A stretch of DNA of 64,000 bases from Planctomycetota bacterium (GTDB lineage: Bacteria; Planctomycetota; B15-G4). This document shows positions 38,421 to 47,526 of this stretch, piece after piece. The stretch lies in the NCBI GenBank assembly GCA_038212275.1, contig JBBQUR010000020.1:25288-89287 (forward strand), read 5' to 3'. Numbering within the stretch: position 1 is the first letter of the stretch; each line of letters starts with the position of its first letter. The notes beneath the pieces were generated by a model, which was given only the letters and a program-made list of their open reading frames with translations, did not search any database and was not told the DNA's origin. Both the position numbers and the translations under genes were made by a program.

Positions 38421-38493
38421 CCGTCGCGGCCATCCGTCGCGGCCATCCGTCGCGGCCATCCGTCGCGGTCACCGTCGCGGCCATCCGTCGCGG
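38421..38493. repeat. 13-bp tandem repeat CCGTCGCGGCCAT, about 6 copies, between convergent genes
   Basis: Read directly from the sequence; copy 4 is 12 bp. Confidence 0.95.
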
Positions 38494-38549
38494 TAGCTGA
38501 CTTCGACGGACCCGGTGCGGCAGCCTCGCGCTCCGCGCCGGGTCTGCTG

Positions 38550-39203
38550 CTACCTGGCGAGGCGCGGCGCGCGCAGGCCCGTGACGATGTCCGCCTCGAG
38601 CGGCGCGTAGTGCTCGATGAGGTCGGCGGCGTGCACGCGCAGCTGCCAGTCGTCGTCGAAGGCGACGGGCGGCTGCATCGCCGCGGCCACCGCGGCTGCC
38701 GACGGCGGCGCGATACCCGCACGACGCGCGGCGGCCAGCTCGCGCGCAATGATCGCGGCATCCACCTGCTCGGGCAGTTCCGCGCTGCCGAAGAAGATCG
38801 GCGACGCGGCGAGGTCGAGCGACACGCCACCCTTTGCATCGAGGTCCGCGGGCACGAGGACCACGAGCATGCCCGACGTGTCGCCCACGTTGACGCGCTC
38901 GGCCGTCTGCGCGCCGACGTAGAGCACGGGCTCGGCCGTCTGCCGCGAGGCGAGCACGTCCACCGGCGCGCGCAGCACGAGCAGCATCCCAGCGCGGTAG
39001 GACGGCTGCTCCTTGCGCCACGCGTGCGTCGTGGGCGTCGCCAGCACGAACGGACGTGCGAAGACCAGCTCGACCCCGCCCGCGGGGAGCACCGCGGGCA
39101 GCGCGGGCGGGCTGTCATCGACGTGGCCGATGAAGAGGGCGAGGCCGCCGCCGGCGAGCAGCAGCACGAGCGCGATCGGAAGCACGATGCGTGGAGTGCT
39201 CAT
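38550..39203 (-). CDS. Hypothetical membrane-anchored protein
   Basis: N-terminal TM; starts 3 nt after the hydrolase stop; protein-like composition. Confidence 0.75.
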   Translation of the reverse strand: MSTPRIVLPIALVLLLAGGGLALFIGHVDDSPPALPAVLPAGGVELVFARPFVLATPTTHAWRKEQPSYRAGMLLVLRAPVDVLASRQTAEPVLYVGAQTAERVNVGDTSGMLVVLVPADLDAKGGVSLDLAASPIFFGSAELPEQVDAAIIARELAAARRAGIAPPSAAAVAAAMQPPVAFDDDWQLRVHAADLIEHYAPLEADIVTGLRAPRLAR

Positions 39204-39206
39204 GAT

Positions 39207-41621
39207 TCAGTCCTTCACCAGTTCGATGTCGTCGATGCCGAGTCGCCCGGCCGGCGAGCCGAAGCCCGGGCCGAAACGGAAAGTGACGCGCGCGAGCCGC
39301 GCGAGGTCCAGCGCGCTGCCATCCTGCGCGCCCACCCGGCGGAAGTCGGCGAGCGCGAGGCGGATGGTCTCGAAGTCATTGCCCCAGCCGGCGCCGACGC
39401 CGCAGCCCGTGCGCTGGTAGGGCTCCTCGATGCCGCCGCCGTACGCGCCGATGTTCATCGAGCTGGAGTGCCCGTCGAGGTCGGACAGCTCGACCGTGAA
39501 GGTGGCGTCGCCCAGCTCGGCGATGGTGAAGGGGTGGCGTGTCACCTGCGCGGCGCGGAACGAAAGGTAGCGGAAGCCGCGCACATCCTGGGACCACGGC
39601 GCGACGTCGAAGGAAAGCGAGCGCGGGCCGCTGCCGTCGTACTCGAGCACCAGCCCGCGGGTCGTGTCGGCGGCGCTGCCGTTGGTGAAGCCGTTGAGCA
39701 TCGCGCCGTCCCAGGTGAAGTTGGCGTTCGGGTCGTCGAGACGCCCCTCGGTCACGATCTGCACGTCGCCGCTGATGCCGGCGCCCGAGCTGGACGTGCC
39801 GTTGTCCTCGTGCGTCTGGAAGTCGTCGATGACGAACTTGCCGGACGCCGCCGATCCGCGGTACTGCATGTCCACCGTGACGCACGGATTGAGATCCGGT
39901 GCGCCGATCGGCCGGAAGTCTTCCCATTGCCGGCACAGGAAGTCCTGCGCGGGCACGTTGCCCTCGATCTCGTGCTTCACCAGCGCCAGCAGGTAGCCGC
40001 GCATGATCGTGTGCGTGTCCGCCTTGCCGACGAGGCACGGGCCGCTGGCGACCGAACCCGTGCTGTTGTGGAAGTCGCCGTGTCCCACGCCGTGGAGCGA
40101 GATGGACAGCCGCCGGTCCTGTGCGCGATCGAGCAGATGGAAGGACTGCGCCACGTTGTTGTTCGCGCAGCCGGTCACGTCACCGTCCGCCCCGCCGACC
40201 CAGAGGTGGTAGTCCACGTCGTGCGGATCGGCCTGCGTCGGTCCGAGAAAGTCCGTGGGCGCCATGCTCGAGATGAGCTTGATGTCGCCGGCCGTGAAAT
40301 TCACCGGCACGTAGTCGCCCTCGACGACGCGGTCGTAGGCGCGCACCACGCCCTCGCCGCCGCGGCTGTGCCCCATCCACGTGATGCGGTGGGAATCCAC
40401 GTGCCCCAGCAGCTTGCCGCCCTCGATCGTGGCCAGGTTGGAGAGCAGGTAATCCGTGTTGGTGAGCGTGGTGGTCGAGGCCGCCTCGATGCCCGGCCCC
40501 GTGTTGTTCTGATGGCTCATGACGATGTAGCCGTAGGAAGCAAGGTGCAGGCCGATGTGGTCATACCACTGGTAGTTGTGGCCATTGCCGTGGCTGACGA
40601 CGACGAGCGGGAGCGCGCCCATGTTCGCGATGTCGGTCGGATAGAAGAGGTTCTGCCCGAGGAAGGAGCCGCCCGAATAGAGCGCCTCGGTCACCGCGAG
40701 CGGCCCGGGCAGCGTGATGTCGTGCACGACGTAGAGGCCGGCCTCATCGGAGAAGCCGTCGATCAGGTCGTCATTGTCGAAGCGGCCGTCGCGGTCCAGG
40801 TCGACCACGACGTCGTAGCCGACGCCCAGCCCGATGCCTGCGTCCGCCGGGAGCGTGCCGGTGTCCAGCGTGAAGAGGTTGTCGGTGATGGGCCCGCCCG
40901 GAAAGGTGAAGGTCCGGGCGCCGCCGCCGACATCGATGAGCGAGTCGTCCGCGAGCCACTCGGCGCGCGTGCGCTTGGCGGTGATGTACACGTCGCCGGT
41001 GACGCCCGCCGTCCACGGGTAGCGCACCGGATCCACGGCCAGCAGGATGGGCCTGCCCGCGTTGAAGGCGCGCACGAACTCCACGTGAGGAAAGCCGGGC
41101 AGCGCGTTGCCGGCAAGCTGCACGTTGCGGTCGTCCACGTGCAGCGCCACGCCGTTGCTCACCTGCAGCGGGCCACCGGAAAGCACCACCGCCGCCATGT
41201 AGGCGTCGACGCCGATGAGCCCGTCGTTGAACGGAATGGCCGACGCGAGCTCCAGCGTGCCGCCGGCTGGCATGGCTCCGAAGTCGAGCACAGCCAGGTT
41301 CGGGCTGAGCCCCACGGGCAGCATCTGTCCATTGATCGTCGTCGGTCCGGGCGACGAATCCACGAGCACGAAGACCTGCGCGCCCGGCGGACCCTCGATG
41401 GTCATCGTGATGGGCTGGCCGAGCAGGCGGATGACATCCACCTGGCCGTTGATGGTCAGGTCGGCGGCGCGGGCCTGGGTCACGACGGACAGCAGCAGCG
41501 CCAGTGCGGCGACCGGCGCGGCCAGACGCGCGGCCAGACGGGCGGCCAGACGGGCGGCGAGGAGCGCGGCCGGGAGCGCGGCCAGACGCGCGACAAGGGA
41601 CATGGAAAGGGCGGACTTCAT
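39207..41621 (-). CDS. Large secreted alpha/beta hydrolase
   Basis: PLVVVSHGNG, HLASYGYIVMS, nucleophile elbow GHSRGGEG, DGDV, HGDF; signal peptide inflated by LAAR repeats. Confidence 0.85.
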   Translation of the reverse strand: MKSALSMSLVARLAALPAALLAARLAARLAARLAAPVAALALLLSVVTQARAADLTINGQVDVIRLLGQPITMTIEGPPGAQVFVLVDSSPGPTTINGQMLPVGLSPNLAVLDFGAMPAGGTLELASAIPFNDGLIGVDAYMAAVVLSGGPLQVSNGVALHVDDRNVQLAGNALPGFPHVEFVRAFNAGRPILLAVDPVRYPWTAGVTGDVYITAKRTRAEWLADDSLIDVGGGARTFTFPGGPITDNLFTLDTGTLPADAGIGLGVGYDVVVDLDRDGRFDNDDLIDGFSDEAGLYVVHDITLPGPLAVTEALYSGGSFLGQNLFYPTDIANMGALPLVVVSHGNGHNYQWYDHIGLHLASYGYIVMSHQNNTGPGIEAASTTTLTNTDYLLSNLATIEGGKLLGHVDSHRITWMGHSRGGEGVVRAYDRVVEGDYVPVNFTAGDIKLISSMAPTDFLGPTQADPHDVDYHLWVGGADGDVTGCANNNVAQSFHLLDRAQDRRLSISLHGVGHGDFHNSTGSVASGPCLVGKADTHTIMRGYLLALVKHEIEGNVPAQDFLCRQWEDFRPIGAPDLNPCVTVDMQYRGSAASGKFVIDDFQTHEDNGTSSSGAGISGDVQIVTEGRLDDPNANFTWDGAMLNGFTNGSAADTTRGLVLEYDGSGPRSLSFDVAPWSQDVRGFRYLSFRAAQVTRHPFTIAELGDATFTVELSDLDGHSSSMNIGAYGGGIEEPYQRTGCGVGAGWGNDFETIRLALADFRRVGAQDGSALDLARLARVTFRFGPGFGSPAGRLGIDDIELVKD

Positions 41622-41749
41622 GCGGCCGGGGTCCAGCGGGGGAGCGGGCTTCGGGGGACCGGGAGTCGGGACAGACTACACGCGACTCGGCGGGCCGTCA
41701 TCCGCTCGTCCGCTGGAATGCGGCCTTCCTCGCCCCGCGCGCCCCGCGC

Positions 41750-43036
41750 TCACGCCGGAGACGCTGCGGGCTCCGGCTCCGGCGGCGTGTGCGGCTCGCC
41801 GCGACTCACCACCACCGCCGCCGCGAGGTCGCCGCTCACGTTGAGCGTGGTGCGGCACATGTCCAGGAAGCGGTCCACGCCGAGGATGAGTCCGATGCCC
41901 TCGGTCGGCACATTCACCATGCCCAGAATCATCGCGATGACCGGGATGGAACCCGCCGGCACGCCCGCCGTCCCGATGCCTCCCAGGATGCACACGAGGC
42001 ACACCAGCACCTGCTGCCCGAACTCCAGGTGCACGCCGTAGAACTGCGCCAGAAACAGCACCGTGACGCCTTCGAAGAGCGCCGTGCCGTTCTGGTTGGC
42101 GGTGGAGCCGATCGTCAGCACGAAGCGGCTGATCTGAGGCGGAAGCCTCAGCTTCTCCTCGGCCACGCGGATGGCGGTGGGCAGCGTGGCATTGCTGCTC
42201 GCCGTCGAGAAGGCCGTGATCATGGCCTCGGAGATGCCGCGGAAGAAGAACACCGGGCTCATGCCGCCGACGTACTTCACCGCCAGCGAAAACACCACGA
42301 ACTGGTGGAGCGCCAGCGCGAGCACCACCACGCCGACGTAGCGCCCGAGCTGCACGAGGATCTCCACGCCCAGCTCGGCCGTCAGCGTGAAGAGCAGCGC
42401 GGCCACGCCCCAGGGCGCGATGCGGATCACCAGCCCGATGAGGTTCATCGTGACGTCGTAGAGGCCCTGCGTCATCTCCTCGAAACGGCGCGCGGCCTCG
42501 GTGCGCGTGAGGCGCAGGCCGATGCCGAACAACAGCGAGAAGAACATGAAACCCAGCATGTCGCCGCTGGCCGCCGCATCGAGCGGATTGCGCGGCACGA
42601 TGTTCACCAGCAGCTCGATGCCCGTCTTCGGCGCGACGCCTCCCGAGACGGCCGACGCGCGCGTCCCGGCGCCGGCCAGCATGCGTGCGCGCACCTCCTC
42701 GCTCATGCCGCCGCCGGGCTGCAGCAGGTTGACGAGCCCGACGCCGATCAGCACGGCGATGCTCGACACCACGACCGTGTACAGGAGCGTCTTGAGGCCC
42801 ACCCTGCCGAGGCTCTTCAGATCGCCAAGACCGGCCACGCCGAGCACCAGCGCCGAAAAGATGAGCGGCACCACGAGCATGAGCAGCAGGCGCAGATAGA
42901 CCTGCCCGATGGCGCGCGTGACGGGCAGGATGTCGTCCAGCGGCGAGGCGGGCGTGCCGCCCCACAGCGAATGCGCCGCGATGCCCGCGACGATCCCGGC
43001 CAGCACGCCGAGCAACATTCTGGTGTGCAGCTTCAC
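41750..43036 (-). CDS. Dicarboxylate/amino acid:cation symporter (DAACS, GltP-like)
   Basis: LRLLLMLVVPLIFS, AFSTASSNATLP, GSTANQNGTALFE, GTAGVP, GVDRFLDMCRTTLNVSGD; GTG43036. Confidence 0.95.
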   Translation of the reverse strand: MKLHTRMLLGVLAGIVAGIAAHSLWGGTPASPLDDILPVTRAIGQVYLRLLLMLVVPLIFSALVLGVAGLGDLKSLGRVGLKTLLYTVVVSSIAVLIGVGLVNLLQPGGGMSEEVRARMLAGAGTRASAVSGGVAPKTGIELLVNIVPRNPLDAAASGDMLGFMFFSLLFGIGLRLTRTEAARRFEEMTQGLYDVTMNLIGLVIRIAPWGVAALLFTLTAELGVEILVQLGRYVGVVVLALALHQFVVFSLAVKYVGGMSPVFFFRGISEAMITAFSTASSNATLPTAIRVAEEKLRLPPQISRFVLTIGSTANQNGTALFEGVTVLFLAQFYGVHLEFGQQVLVCLVCILGGIGTAGVPAGSIPVIAMILGMVNVPTEGIGLILGVDRFLDMCRTTLNVSGDLAAAVVVSRGEPHTPPEPEPAASPA

Positions 43037-43075
43037 CGGCGCACTATCACCGGGCCGTCGCGGGTGATCAATCAT

Positions 43076-43149
43076 GCCGGGCCGCGTGCGCAGGTCGGGC
43101 CGCGTGCGCAGGCCGGGCCGCGTGCGCAGGCGCCGGGCCGCGTGTGCGG
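43076..43149. repeat. 18-bp tandem repeat GCCGGGCCGCGTGCGCAG, about 4 copies
   Basis: Read directly from the sequence. Confidence 0.9.
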
Positions 43150-43179
43150 GATGCGGGCCGCGCGCGCACGGCTCTGCGG

Positions 43180-45711
43180 CTACGGCAGGAAGCTGAGCTT
43201 CACCGCATTGGTGATGGCGACGCTCTGCGGCAACGAAGGATCGAAGACGCGTGCCTGCAGGTACACGTCCGCCGGCCCCATGCCGCCGGGAATCAGGATC
43301 TGGATCAGGCCCGACGGCGGCGCCACCAGACCGATGTCCAGGAACGAGGGCACGGTGACCAGCGTGCCGCCCTTGAAGGGCTGCGGGTTGAGCGAGAAGG
43401 AGGCCGAGAGCAGCATCGGCTTGCCGGGAGGCAGGTGGGCCAGCGTCATCGTCGCGTACTGGCAGCTTGCCAGCGGCTGACCGCACACCGCGAGCGTCGA
43501 TGCACCGGGGCCCTGGAAGCCGAGGTCCGTCTGGCACGTGACGCAGGCGTCTCCGAAGCCGTCGCCGTCGAGATCGGCCTGATCCGGATTGGGAAAGTCG
43601 GGACAGTTGTCCCAGTCGTCGGGCCAGCCGTCGCCGTCGGCATCCAGCTGACTGCGGCGCACGTCGGAGAGTCGCACGTCGTCGAAGGTCCAGCCCCTCG
43701 CGCGGTGCTGGTTGCTGACGTCGCTGCCGAGGCGGAAGACCGGGCTCACGGAGCTCACGCGGAAGGCGGGCCCGCGCAGCGTGAAGGCATTGGCGGACTT
43801 GCCGGCATTGCCCGTGCGCAGCTCGAGCAGACCCTGGTTCGGCGCCCACTCCGCCTGCACGTGACGGAAGCCGTTCACGTTGTCCTCGGCGTTCGCGTCG
43901 GGAAACGGGGCGACGACCTCGTGACGCCCGTTGAGGCGATCGACCACCACGAAGTGGAGCTGTCCGCCTTCCACGTACAGATCCATGCTGTTGCTGGTGT
44001 CGTGCACCGTGCCGTAGGTGGTCGTGCCACCCACCACCGCCGCGAACACGCCTGCACCTTCGCCGAAGGGACTGTTCATCGTGGGCTGCGTGGTCACGAG
44101 CTGGCTGGGAAGCTGCTCGCCCCCGGGACCTGTGCCCGCCAGCGAGCGCCCGTCCGCGTCCAGGTAGAAGATCGCGGACTGCGTCGAGGTGCACGAGCGA
44201 TAGAAGATGTCCGAGAGGCCGTCGCCGTTCAGGTCGCCCAGCGTCATGCTCACGGCGCTTTCCACCTTGTAGGTCAGCGTCTCGGGCGTCAGCAGGTCGC
44301 TGAAGCCCATCGGATTGAGCGGGCCCAGCAGCACGGTGGAGGCAGGCGCGTTCACCAGTCCCTGGCGCCAGTTGGCCACGGCCACGTCCACGAAGCCGTC
44401 GTTGTTGACGTCCTTCACGGCGGAGACGGTGAACGGGCGCGGCGTCTTGATGATGCCGTCGGGCTCCGGATTGAAGGTCCCGTCGCCGTTGTTGAGGTGG
44501 ATCGCGACGCGGCCGAACAGCGAGCCGCTGCCGTCGTCGTACAGCGGTTGAGTGAGCACGGAATCGAGGAACCCGTCGCAATTCACGTCGCCGAAGGAGG
44601 CGCCCAGCACCTGATTGCTGCGATCCGAGGACAGGAGCGACAGGTTCTCGAAGGTGTAGCCGGTGGGCCCGATCCTGCCGATGAGTACGCGGCTCGCGGG
44701 CTCGCCGAAGCTGCCGTAGAGCACGTCCAGCACGTCATCGCCGTTCACGTCGCCGGCGGCGATGGCCTCCGCGCCCGCGATGATGTTCGCGTACGGGAAG
44801 TCCATGATCGTGAAGTTGCCGGAGCCGTCGTTGGCGAAGCCCACCACGGCCGGCGTGTTCTGCGCGTACGAGGCGACCACGATGTCGAGGTCGCCGTCCT
44901 TGTCGAAGTCCGCGAGCACGAGTCCCTGCGGAAGGTCCATCTCGAGGGCCATCTGCGGCTGGTAGATGCTGCCCTTCTTGAAGGGGCCGCGGAAAATCTG
45001 CACCTCGCCGGGAGTGGGCGTGAGCGGGTTGGCCAGCGTGCTGCCCTGGTGCATCGACACGACGAGGTCGAGGTAGCCGTCGCCGTCCACGTCACCGATC
45101 TCGAGGCCGCGCGGCACCTGCGACTTGAAGCGCGCCGGCGCCGAAAAATCGAGGCCGTTGCCGCTGTTGAAGTAGATGCGTGAGAGCGAGCCGGGCGTGA
45201 CGCCAAAGGGCTCGCCCACGATGAGGTCGTTGAAGGCGTCGCCATCCAGCGACTTGGTGCCCTGCAGGCTGAAGAGATGCTGGCGCGCCGAGGTCTCCGG
45301 CCCCGGCTTGACCCACATCTCGAGCGTGCCGTGGTTCAGGTCCAGAGCGCCGGTGCTGTACATGCCCACCGCGGCAGCCGCCGGCATGACGACGCAGCCA
45401 GTGTTGAAGACGCCGCCGCCGACGGGCAGCAGGCCGCTCTTCACCACGTTGGTGGTGCCCACCGCAGTGAGCATGGCGGGTGTTCCCTCGAACTGGCCGA
45501 GGACCACCGTGTGGCTGTCGAGTCCACCGATCGGCGCGTGTGACAGAGGCAGCCCGCTCGGCGGGCACTGGGCGCTGGCGGCGCAGGCCACCAGCGACAG
45601 GGTCGTCGTGCACGCGATCAGCGTGCCGCGGATCGGAGTGCCTGGGCGCGCGCCGGCGTCGGGCGTCGGGGTCTGCTGCAACGGCATCGGGGCGTCGGCT
45701 CGGGGCTTCAT
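43180..45711 (-). CDS. Secreted FG-GAP/VCBS protein with LamG-like segments, TSP3 repeat and C-terminal PFKGG domain
   Basis: Signal ending ASA-Q; DxxxDGxxD repeats; DADGDGWPDDWDNCP..PNPDQADLDGDGFGDAC (TSP3); C-terminal domain at 43180-43536. Start is ATG45711 or ATG45687. Confidence 0.88.
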   Translation of the reverse strand: MKPRADAPMPLQQTPTPDAGARPGTPIRGTLIACTTTLSLVACAASAQCPPSGLPLSHAPIGGLDSHTVVLGQFEGTPAMLTAVGTTNVVKSGLLPVGGGVFNTGCVVMPAAAAVGMYSTGALDLNHGTLEMWVKPGPETSARQHLFSLQGTKSLDGDAFNDLIVGEPFGVTPGSLSRIYFNSGNGLDFSAPARFKSQVPRGLEIGDVDGDGYLDLVVSMHQGSTLANPLTPTPGEVQIFRGPFKKGSIYQPQMALEMDLPQGLVLADFDKDGDLDIVVASYAQNTPAVVGFANDGSGNFTIMDFPYANIIAGAEAIAAGDVNGDDVLDVLYGSFGEPASRVLIGRIGPTGYTFENLSLLSSDRSNQVLGASFGDVNCDGFLDSVLTQPLYDDGSGSLFGRVAIHLNNGDGTFNPEPDGIIKTPRPFTVSAVKDVNNDGFVDVAVANWRQGLVNAPASTVLLGPLNPMGFSDLLTPETLTYKVESAVSMTLGDLNGDGLSDIFYRSCTSTQSAIFYLDADGRSLAGTGPGGEQLPSQLVTTQPTMNSPFGEGAGVFAAVVGGTTTYGTVHDTSNSMDLYVEGGQLHFVVVDRLNGRHEVVAPFPDANAEDNVNGFRHVQAEWAPNQGLLELRTGNAGKSANAFTLRGPAFRVSSVSPVFRLGSDVSNQHRARGWTFDDVRLSDVRRSQLDADGDGWPDDWDNCPDFPNPDQADLDGDGFGDACVTCQTDLGFQGPGASTLAVCGQPLASCQYATMTLAHLPPGKPMLLSASFSLNPQPFKGGTLVTVPSFLDIGLVAPPSGLIQILIPGGMGPADVYLQARVFDPSLPQSVAITNAVKLSFLP

Positions 45712-45898
45712 ATCGTCGGACGGGTGGCCCTGAAGTCTACCCGCAAGGCACGATCGGCGTGGGGCTTTCGCGGGTCGGAGGGCACCCCCGGAACTCCTTG
45801 TTCCCTCATCGGTGCACGCTCCCATCAGCCTTGAATGCCTGAGGGTCGACGGCAGGAGACCGCCCCCCCTTGGACCGGGATGGTCCCGCTCCTGTCAC

Positions 45899-45994
45899 GC
45901 CGCGCACGGCCCGACCACGCACGGGCGGGCCGCGCACGGGCGGGCCGCACACCGGCGGGCCGCACACCGGCGGGCCGCGCTCGGGCAGGCCGCG
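45899..45994. repeat. 15-bp degenerate tandem repeat GGCGGGCCGCRCACS, about 6 copies
   Basis: Read directly; lies just upstream of a TAGAAT -10 box. Confidence 0.85.
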
Positions 45995-46015
45995 GGGTGG
46001 CATAGAATCCGCGCC

Positions 46016-46204
46016 ATGGACGACGACGCGAGCTACCGGTGCGCCTTCTGCGGCGAGGAGATCGTGGTGTCGATCGACCTCAGCGCGGGCAACGAGCAGG
46101 AGTACGTCGAGGACTGTCCCGTCTGCTGCCGGCCGCACGTGATCCGCGTGACCATCGAGCGCGACGGCTCCGTCAGCGTGCACGCCGAGGCAGAGACCGA
46201 GTGA
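46016..46204 (+). CDS. CPXCG-type cysteine-rich zinc-ribbon protein
   Basis: CAFCGE...QEYVEDCPVCCRP; TAGAAT lies 7 nt before ATG46016. Confidence 0.9.
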   Translation: MDDDASYRCAFCGEEIVVSIDLSAGNEQEYVEDCPVCCRPHVIRVTIERDGSVSVHAEAETE

Positions 46205-47478
46205 GCGCGGTGCCTTCCGGCGCGCCCTTCGACCTGCGCACGCTGGCCATCGACCCGGACATCCGCCGCGCCCGCACCCTGCCGGCGGCCTTCTACATCG
46301 ACCCCGCGGCCTTCGCGTCCAGCCGGCAGTCCGTCTTCGCGCGGAGCTGGCAGCTCGTCGGCGACGCGGCCTCGCTCGCCCGGCCCGGCGCCTGCGTCCC
46401 CGCCACGCTCCTCCCCGGCCTGCTCGATGAGCCGCTGCTGCTCACCCGGCCGGCGGACGGCGCCGACGCGGGGCGCGCGGGCGGCGACTCGCGCATGGCC
46501 ACCGACGTCCGCTTCACCAACGACGCCCGCTTCGCCGGTGACCAGCGCTTCGCCGCCCATGGCATCGCCTGCCTCTCCAACGTGTGCACGCATCGCGGCA
46601 TGCTGCTCTGCGACGCGCCGCGCACCGGGACGCAGCTCCAGTGCCGCTACCACGGGCGGCGCTTCGCGCTCGACGGCCGCCTGCTTTCCGCGCCGGAGTT
46701 CGACGGCGCGGAAGACTTCCCGTCGCCGCGCGACGATCTGCCGCGCGTGGCGCTCGCGCGCTGGGGCCCGCTGCTCTTCGCCAGTCTTGACCCCGCCGTG
46801 CCCTTCGCGGAGTGGATCGCGCCGCTGCAGGCGCGCCTCGGCTGGCTGCCGCTCGACAGTGCGCGCCTGCACCCCGAGCGTTCGCGCGACTACCCCGTGG
46901 CCGCGCACTGGGCGCTCTACTGCGACAACTTCCTCGAGGGCTTCCACATCCCGTACGTGCACCCGGCCCTGGCCGGCGCGCTGGACTGCGGCAGCTACCG
47001 CACGGAGCTATTCGCGCACGCCAATCTGCAGGTGGGCATCGCGCAAGCGAGGGCAGCGAACGCGCTCGCTGCCGTCGTGTCACGGGACGCGCGCCTCGGA
47101 GACGGCGACGTCCCCGTCTTCGACCTGCCGCGCGAGTCGCCGGACGCCGGCCAGGCCGTCGCCGGCTACTACTTCTGGCTGTTCCCGAACACGATGGTGA
47201 ACGCCTACCCGTGGGGGCTGTCGCTCAACATCGTGAAGCCCGTCGCGCCGGACCGCTGCGTGGTGAGCTTCCTCAGCTACGTGTGGGACGAGAGCAAGCT
47301 GGACCGCGGCGCCGGCGCCGGTCTCGACCGCGTGGAAGCCGAGGACGAGAGCGTGGTGGAAGCCGTGCAGCGCGGCCTGCGCAGCCGGCTGTATCGCGGC
47401 GGGCGCTACTCGCCGTCGCGCGAGGCCTGCGTGCACCACTTCCACCGGATGCTCGTGGAGAGCCTGCGCGGCGGGTGA
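46201..47478 (+). CDS. Rieske non-heme iron oxygenase alpha subunit (choline/carnitine monooxygenase-like)
   Basis: NVCTHRG...CRYHG Rieske motif; DNFLEGFHIPYVH; FPN; ED..VVEAVQRG; GTGA overlap with the upstream gene. Confidence 0.9.
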   Translation: MSAVPSGAPFDLRTLAIDPDIRRARTLPAAFYIDPAAFASSRQSVFARSWQLVGDAASLARPGACVPATLLPGLLDEPLLLTRPADGADAGRAGGDSRMATDVRFTNDARFAGDQRFAAHGIACLSNVCTHRGMLLCDAPRTGTQLQCRYHGRRFALDGRLLSAPEFDGAEDFPSPRDDLPRVALARWGPLLFASLDPAVPFAEWIAPLQARLGWLPLDSARLHPERSRDYPVAAHWALYCDNFLEGFHIPYVHPALAGALDCGSYRTELFAHANLQVGIAQARAANALAAVVSRDARLGDGDVPVFDLPRESPDAGQAVAGYYFWLFPNTMVNAYPWGLSLNIVKPVAPDRCVVSFLSYVWDESKLDRGAGAGLDRVEAEDESVVEAVQRGLRSRLYRGGRYSPSREACVHHFHRMLVESLRGG

Positions 47479-47526
47479 TGACGCCTGCGTGCGCCGCCGG
47501 GGCGCGGTCCGCGTTACGCTCAGCGC

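Noticed and set aside
38421..38493. Tandem arrays (also 4568, 43076, 45899, 51591) as CRISPR arrays
   Set aside because: Units are contiguous, 7-18 bp long and have no unique spacers; no cas genes seen.
45740..45850. GCGAAAGC tetraloop region as a c-di-GMP riboswitch
   Set aside because: The other consensus elements were not found; an Rfam/Infernal search would be needed.
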